The position numbers were made by a program, and so were the translations under genes. Below are positions 59,989 through 64,000 of a stretch of 64,000 nucleotides of DNA, in pieces. How positions within the stretch are numbered: position 1 is the stretch's first letter; every line of letters begins with the position of its first letter. The stretch is from Acidimicrobiia bacterium (GTDB lineage: Bacteria; Actinomycetota; Acidimicrobiia; Spongiisociales; UBA5794), in assembly GCA_035458525.1 (NCBI GenBank), contig DATHZQ010000040.1, forward strand, positions 7,964 through 71,963. Reading direction: 5' to 3'. The notes below the pieces were generated by a model. The model made no database searches and was not told the DNA's origin. It saw only the letters and a list, made by a program, of their open reading frames with translations.

Positions 59989-61302
59989 ATGGCCCCACGT
60001 CTCTTCGGAACGGACGGCGTTCGCGGTGTCGCCAACGCGGAACTGACTCCGCAGCTTGCGTTCGACCTCGCCCGCGCCGCCGGACAGTCGGTGCATGGAC
60101 CCGTCCTCATAGGTCGTGACACCCGCCGCTCCGGCCCCATGCTCACGGCTGCACTCGTTGCCGGCTTCAACTCGGTCGGCGTCGACACCGTGGATCTCGG
60201 TGTGATCCCCGTCGGGGGTGTTGCCCGCCTCACCAACCACACCCATGCCGAGCTTGGTGTCATGGTGAGCGCATCGCACAACCCGGCACCCGACAACGGC
60301 ATCAAGCTGATCGGCATGGCGGGCAACAAACTGCCTGACGAGCAAGAGGCAGTCATCGAGGCGCGCTATCGCAGCGACGCTCCGTATCCGTCGCCGGTGG
60401 GGGCGGAGGTCGGGAACTCACTTCGTGACGACCACGCAGTGCATCGCTACCTCACCCTGATCAAGGGTGGTCGCGGCCGCGTGCTCGAAGGTATGAACCT
60501 CGTGCTCGACTGTGCCAACGGCGCCGCTTACGAGGCGGCGCCTGCGCTGTTCCGTGAGCTGGGGGCCAGGGTCGAGGTCTTTGCGGCCGCACCGAATGGC
60601 GTCAATATCAACGATGGCTGGGGGGCGACGCATCCCGAGACGCTGGCCCAGCACGTGTCCGGCCGCGTCGGATTCTGTTTCGATGGGGATGCAGATCGAC
60701 TCATTGCCGTCGACGAGGATGGGGTGGTCGCCAACGGCGACGTCATCATGGCGATTCTCGCAAGTCGCATGAAGTCGGCCGGCACGCTGGCCGGCGATCA
60801 TGTCGTCGCAACGGTGATGTCGAACTTGGGGTTCAAGCAGGCGATGCGGCGACTCGGCATCTCGATACACGAGACCAAGGTGGGCGACCGGTACGTGCTC
60901 GAAGAGATGCACCGGTCCGGTGCGGTGTTGGGGGGCGAGCAGTCCGGCCACATCGTGCTCGAAGATCGGTTGAGTGGCGACGGCCTGCGCACCGCCATCC
61001 GGTTGGCCGAGGTGATGGCGGAAACCGGATCGGAATTGCGTGACCTCCGCAAGGTCATGACCGAGTTCCCTCAGGTCCTGCAGAACCTGACCGTGCGAGA
61101 CAAGAACGGGCTCGATGCCGCCGCCACCGTGTGGGACGCCGTGTCAGAAGCCGAGGCGGAGCTGGGCGAGAACGGACGCGTGCTCGTCCGCGCTTCCGGC
61201 ACAGAACCGATCGTGCGCGTGATGGTGGAGGCTCCCACCGCGCACACCGCCGAAGACGTCGCCACCGGAATCAGCAAGGTCGTCGTCGCCGAGCTGGGCT
61301 AG
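59989..61302 (+). CDS. glmM: Phosphoglucosamine mutase
   Basis: ORF 59809..61302 trimmed to MAPRLFGTDGVRGVAN. Active-site SASHNPAPDNGIK. Confidence 0.95.
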   Translation: MAPRLFGTDGVRGVANAELTPQLAFDLARAAGQSVHGPVLIGRDTRRSGPMLTAALVAGFNSVGVDTVDLGVIPVGGVARLTNHTHAELGVMVSASHNPAPDNGIKLIGMAGNKLPDEQEAVIEARYRSDAPYPSPVGAEVGNSLRDDHAVHRYLTLIKGGRGRVLEGMNLVLDCANGAAYEAAPALFRELGARVEVFAAAPNGVNINDGWGATHPETLAQHVSGRVGFCFDGDADRLIAVDEDGVVANGDVIMAILASRMKSAGTLAGDHVVATVMSNLGFKQAMRRLGISIHETKVGDRYVLEEMHRSGAVLGGEQSGHIVLEDRLSGDGLRTAIRLAEVMAETGSELRDLRKVMTEFPQVLQNLTVRDKNGLDAAATVWDAVSEAEAELGENGRVLVRASGTEPIVRVMVEAPTAHTAEDVATGISKVVVAELG

Positions 61303-61429
61303 TCCACGCGACTCGCCTGCCGAACTCGAGCGCCGCAGGTCCGGCATCGCGGGGGGTCCCAAGACCTATGGCGCAACACCTCGACCGGTCTATCCTGATC
61401 GGGTACAACCGACGACCGGAGCATCCAAC

Positions 61430-61560
61430 CTCAAGCGCCCGGCCTCATCCGTGAGGTGACGAGGAAGAGGGAGTATCGAACGATTCGGCGGATGCCCTCT
61501 CGGCCCCCCAGGGTCGTGACGATGTGGGCCAAAGCCCGAGGGTGACCTCGGTGACAACGT
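61430..61560 (+). ncRNA. glmS ribozyme (GlcN6P-activated self-cleaving riboswitch)
   Basis: A/GCGCC cleavage-site context at 61434/61435. Conserved core strings GACGAGGAAGAGGGAGUAUCGAACGAUUCGGCGGAUGCCCUC. Downstream GGGCCAAAGCCC and CGAGGGUGACCUCG helices. Lies 75-200 nt upstream of glmS. Confidence 0.85.
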
Positions 61561-61634
61561 CCACGTCGGTCTGGGAACGGACATCGACGTGTCCGTTCTT
61601 CGAGCTCCGGTCCCGAACAAGGAGGTCCGCGCGC

Positions 61635-63458
61635 GTGTGCGGAATCATGGGATACGTAGGGCCGCGCACGGCGGCGCCGCTCATCCTCGACGGCCTGCGC
61701 CGCTTGGAGTACCGCGGCTACGACTCAGCCGGCATCGCCGTCGCCAACGGCGACATTCAGGTCCGCAAGGCGGAGGGGAAGATCGAACGACTGTCCAACC
61801 TCCTTGCGGACGATCCGCTCGAAGGTACGGTCGGCATCGGCCACACCCGTTGGGCGACGCACGGCGAGCCGAGTGACATCAACGCCCACCCCCACACCGA
61901 CCCCTCTGGTCGATTTGTGGTGGTGCACAACGGAATCATCGAGAACTTCCACGAGCTGAAGCAGCGGCTTGCAGAAGCGGGTCATGCGTTCCAGTCCGAG
62001 ACCGATTCCGAAATCCTCGCCCACCTCGTCGCACTGGAGTACGACGGCGACCTCGTCGCCGCGGTGCGTCGTGCCATCGGCCACGCCGAAGGGGCCTACG
62101 CCCTGGTGGTGATGACTGCGGAAGAGCCGGGCAAGATCGTGGCCGTTCGCAAGATCAGCCCGCTCGTTGTGGGGCTTGGAGACGGTGAGACGTTTCTCGC
62201 CTCGGACATCCCCGCGGTGCTGCAACACACCAGAGACTTCCTCATCGTGGAGGACGGCGAGCTGGTGGTCGTCGATGCCAACGGTGCGACCGTCGAGCTC
62301 ATCGAAGGCGGTGCCGTCGATCGGGAAGTCCTGCATGTCGATTGGGACGCCGAGCAAGCCGAAAAGGGCGGCTACGAGCACTTCATGCTCAAGGAGATCA
62401 ACGAGCAGCCGGCCGTGGTGACCGAGACCGTTGGCGGTCGGCTGGACGGCGACGGTGAAGTATGGCTCGAGGACGTGCACTTCGATGACGAGTTTGCGCG
62501 AAACCTCGAGCGCATCTGGATCACCGCATGCGGGACCGCGCTGCACGCTGGCCTGGTCGGCCGCGAGATCTTCCAGCGCATCCTGCGGATCCCTACGTCG
62601 GTCGAGTTCGCTCATGAGATGCGGTACGGCGATCCGCTCGTCGAGTCCGGCAGCCTGACGATCGCCATCAGCCAGTCCGGCGAGACGGCCGACACGCTGG
62701 CGGCGGCGCGACTGGCGCACGAGCGCGGCTCTCGCCTGCTGGCCCTGACGAACGTCGTCGGATCGACGCTCAGCCGCGAGGCCGACGACATCCTGTACAC
62801 CAGGGCCGGGCCCGAGATCTCCGTCGCCTCGACAAAGGCATACGTGGCGATGCTGATCGCCGAGTACCTGCTGGCGTTGCGCATCGGAAGAGCGCGGGGC
62901 GTCGTGGATGAAGCGCTCGCACAGCGCGTGGCTCGCGGGCTGCACCTGCTGCCTGCGCAGATCGAGGGCATCCTCGAACGAGAGGACGAGGCGGTGAAGG
63001 CGGCGCACGCGATCGCTGACGCCGACGACGTGTACTTCATCGGCCGTGGACTCGACTATGCCGTGGCCATGGAAGGCTCCTTGAAGCTGAAAGAGATCAG
63101 CTATCTGCACTCGGAGGCGATGCCGGCCGGCGAGCTGAAGCACGGCACGCTTGCCCTCGTCACCCACGGGACGCCCGTGATCGTCGTGTTGACCCAGACC
63201 GCCGTGTACGACAAGACGATGTCGGCAGTGCAAGAGGTGAAAGCTCGTGGCGCCACCGTCCTGGCGGTGGCCTACGAGGACGACGACAAGATCGGCAACT
63301 TCGCAGATGCCGTCATCCGTATCCCGCGCAACGACGACCTGCTGAGCCCGGTGGCGGCCATCGTGCCGTTGCAGTTGCTTGCGTATCACGTCGCCAAGCT
63401 GCGGGGACACGACATCGACCAACCCCGCAATCTCGCCAAGTCGGTGACGGTGGAGTGA
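61635..63458 (+). CDS. glmS: Glutamine--fructose-6-phosphate aminotransferase
   Basis: ORF 61524..63458 trimmed to the GTG at 61635 (V)CGIMGYVG, with AAGGAGG 9 nt upstream. Ends ...RNLAKSVTVE. Confidence 0.96.
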   Translation: MCGIMGYVGPRTAAPLILDGLRRLEYRGYDSAGIAVANGDIQVRKAEGKIERLSNLLADDPLEGTVGIGHTRWATHGEPSDINAHPHTDPSGRFVVVHNGIIENFHELKQRLAEAGHAFQSETDSEILAHLVALEYDGDLVAAVRRAIGHAEGAYALVVMTAEEPGKIVAVRKISPLVVGLGDGETFLASDIPAVLQHTRDFLIVEDGELVVVDANGATVELIEGGAVDREVLHVDWDAEQAEKGGYEHFMLKEINEQPAVVTETVGGRLDGDGEVWLEDVHFDDEFARNLERIWITACGTALHAGLVGREIFQRILRIPTSVEFAHEMRYGDPLVESGSLTIAISQSGETADTLAAARLAHERGSRLLALTNVVGSTLSREADDILYTRAGPEISVASTKAYVAMLIAEYLLALRIGRARGVVDEALAQRVARGLHLLPAQIEGILEREDEAVKAAHAIADADDVYFIGRGLDYAVAMEGSLKLKEISYLHSEAMPAGELKHGTLALVTHGTPVIVVLTQTAVYDKTMSAVQEVKARGATVLAVAYEDDDKIGNFADAVIRIPRNDDLLSPVAAIVPLQLLAYHVAKLRGHDIDQPRNLAKSVTVE

Positions 63459-63467
63459 CGAGAGGTT

Positions 63468-63540
63468 CCGCCGGTGCTGCCGGCGGGCTACTCCTCGGGA
63501 GGGAAGGAACCGAAGAGGCCCTGCCAAGGGGCCCCTTCGG
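63468..63540. terminator. Two GC-rich hairpins after glmS
   Basis: CCGCCGG-TGCTG-CCGGCGG (63468..63486) and CCGAAGAGGCCC...GGGCCCCTTCGG (63510..63540). Confidence 0.45.
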
Positions 63541-63802
63541 TGCGTTTCGCCGCGTTGCCGATCACTAGGCGGGCGGGAGGGGTGCTCCTGTCTCGAGCAG
63601 CGTCTTCATGCCGGACACGATCAGCGGGAATCCGTTCACGAAATCGTTGAGCGTCTTGGAGTCGTCTGCCACGTCGGACAGCTCGATGGTCAGTTGTGCC
63701 AGCTGCCCGCTCTGCGCCACTCTCCAGATCTCACATGCGGGCCCTGGCGGTGATCTCGCCGTCTGCGGCGATCGAGCCGTCACCGTTGCAGCCGTTCCTG
63801 CA

Positions 63803-64000
63803 ATGACCCGACTCGTTGCCGAAACGCTTCGGCGCGTCGCACGGGCGGGGCTGCAGGACAGCATGCCTCGCGCTGCGGTGCTCTTCATTCACGCCCGTGT
63901 CCAGTCGACGCATCCAACGATTGTGGAGGACGCTTCGCTGGTTCAGCTGTGGGGTCCGCGGTTCAGCGTCTACGCCGTTGCAGCGGAGGATCGCGCCGTG
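63803..64000 (+). CDS. Winged-helix DNA-binding domain protein (YcaQ/AlkZ-like), N-terminal 66 codons; runs off the window
   Basis: Open frame to the window end, so absent from the ORF track. MTRLVAETLRRVARAGLQDSMPRAAVLFIHARV...LVQLWGPRFSVYAVAAEDRAV resembles my memory of the family N-terminus. The frame is open from 63652, with an alternative ATG near 63686. Confidence 0.4.
   Translation, partial: MTRLVAETLRRVARAGLQDSMPRAAVLFIHARVQSTHPTIVEDASLVQLWGPRFSVYAVAAEDRAV

Overview
High-GC (Actinomycetota-like; taxonomy is inference only) chromosomal window built on the conserved RNA polymerase and ribosomal-protein backbone, all on the + strand: rpoC | rpsL-rpsG-fusA | rpsJ-rplC...rplO-secY-adk-map | infA-rpmJ-rpsM-rpsK-rpsD-rpoA-rplQ | truA | rplM-rpsI-glmM-glmS. 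The backbone is broken at four normally tight junctions by accessory DNA, mostly on the opposite strand. (1) A ~26 kb carbohydrate/aminosugar island lies between rpoC and rpsL. It includes a 13-gene, translationally coupled minus-strand operon (sugar ABC importer plus nine enzyme genes and one decayed remnant of unclear pathway) and a GntR/ROK/SIS/NagB-like module with DasR/NagR-type operators. (2) tuf is absent between fusA and rpsJ, where a secreted SGNH hydrolase sits instead. (3) An esterase / ATP-grasp / esterase / broken-GNAT operon lies head-on between map and infA. This is my best candidate for an undescribed system. (4) An LPXTG surface protein, a NUDIX hydrolase, a DUF4097 lipoprotein and a Yip1-like protein lie between rplQ and truA. 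Other notable items: a glmS ribozyme upstream of glmS, a REP-like structured repeat family, unusual ribosomal proteins (uS3 with a ~165-aa repeat tail, uL4 tail, uL24 with a CxxC...CxxC motif), three decayed genes and two in-frame tandem duplications. I found no rRNA, tRNA, CRISPR array, transposase or integrase. All family assignments come from motif recognition by eye; no searches were run.
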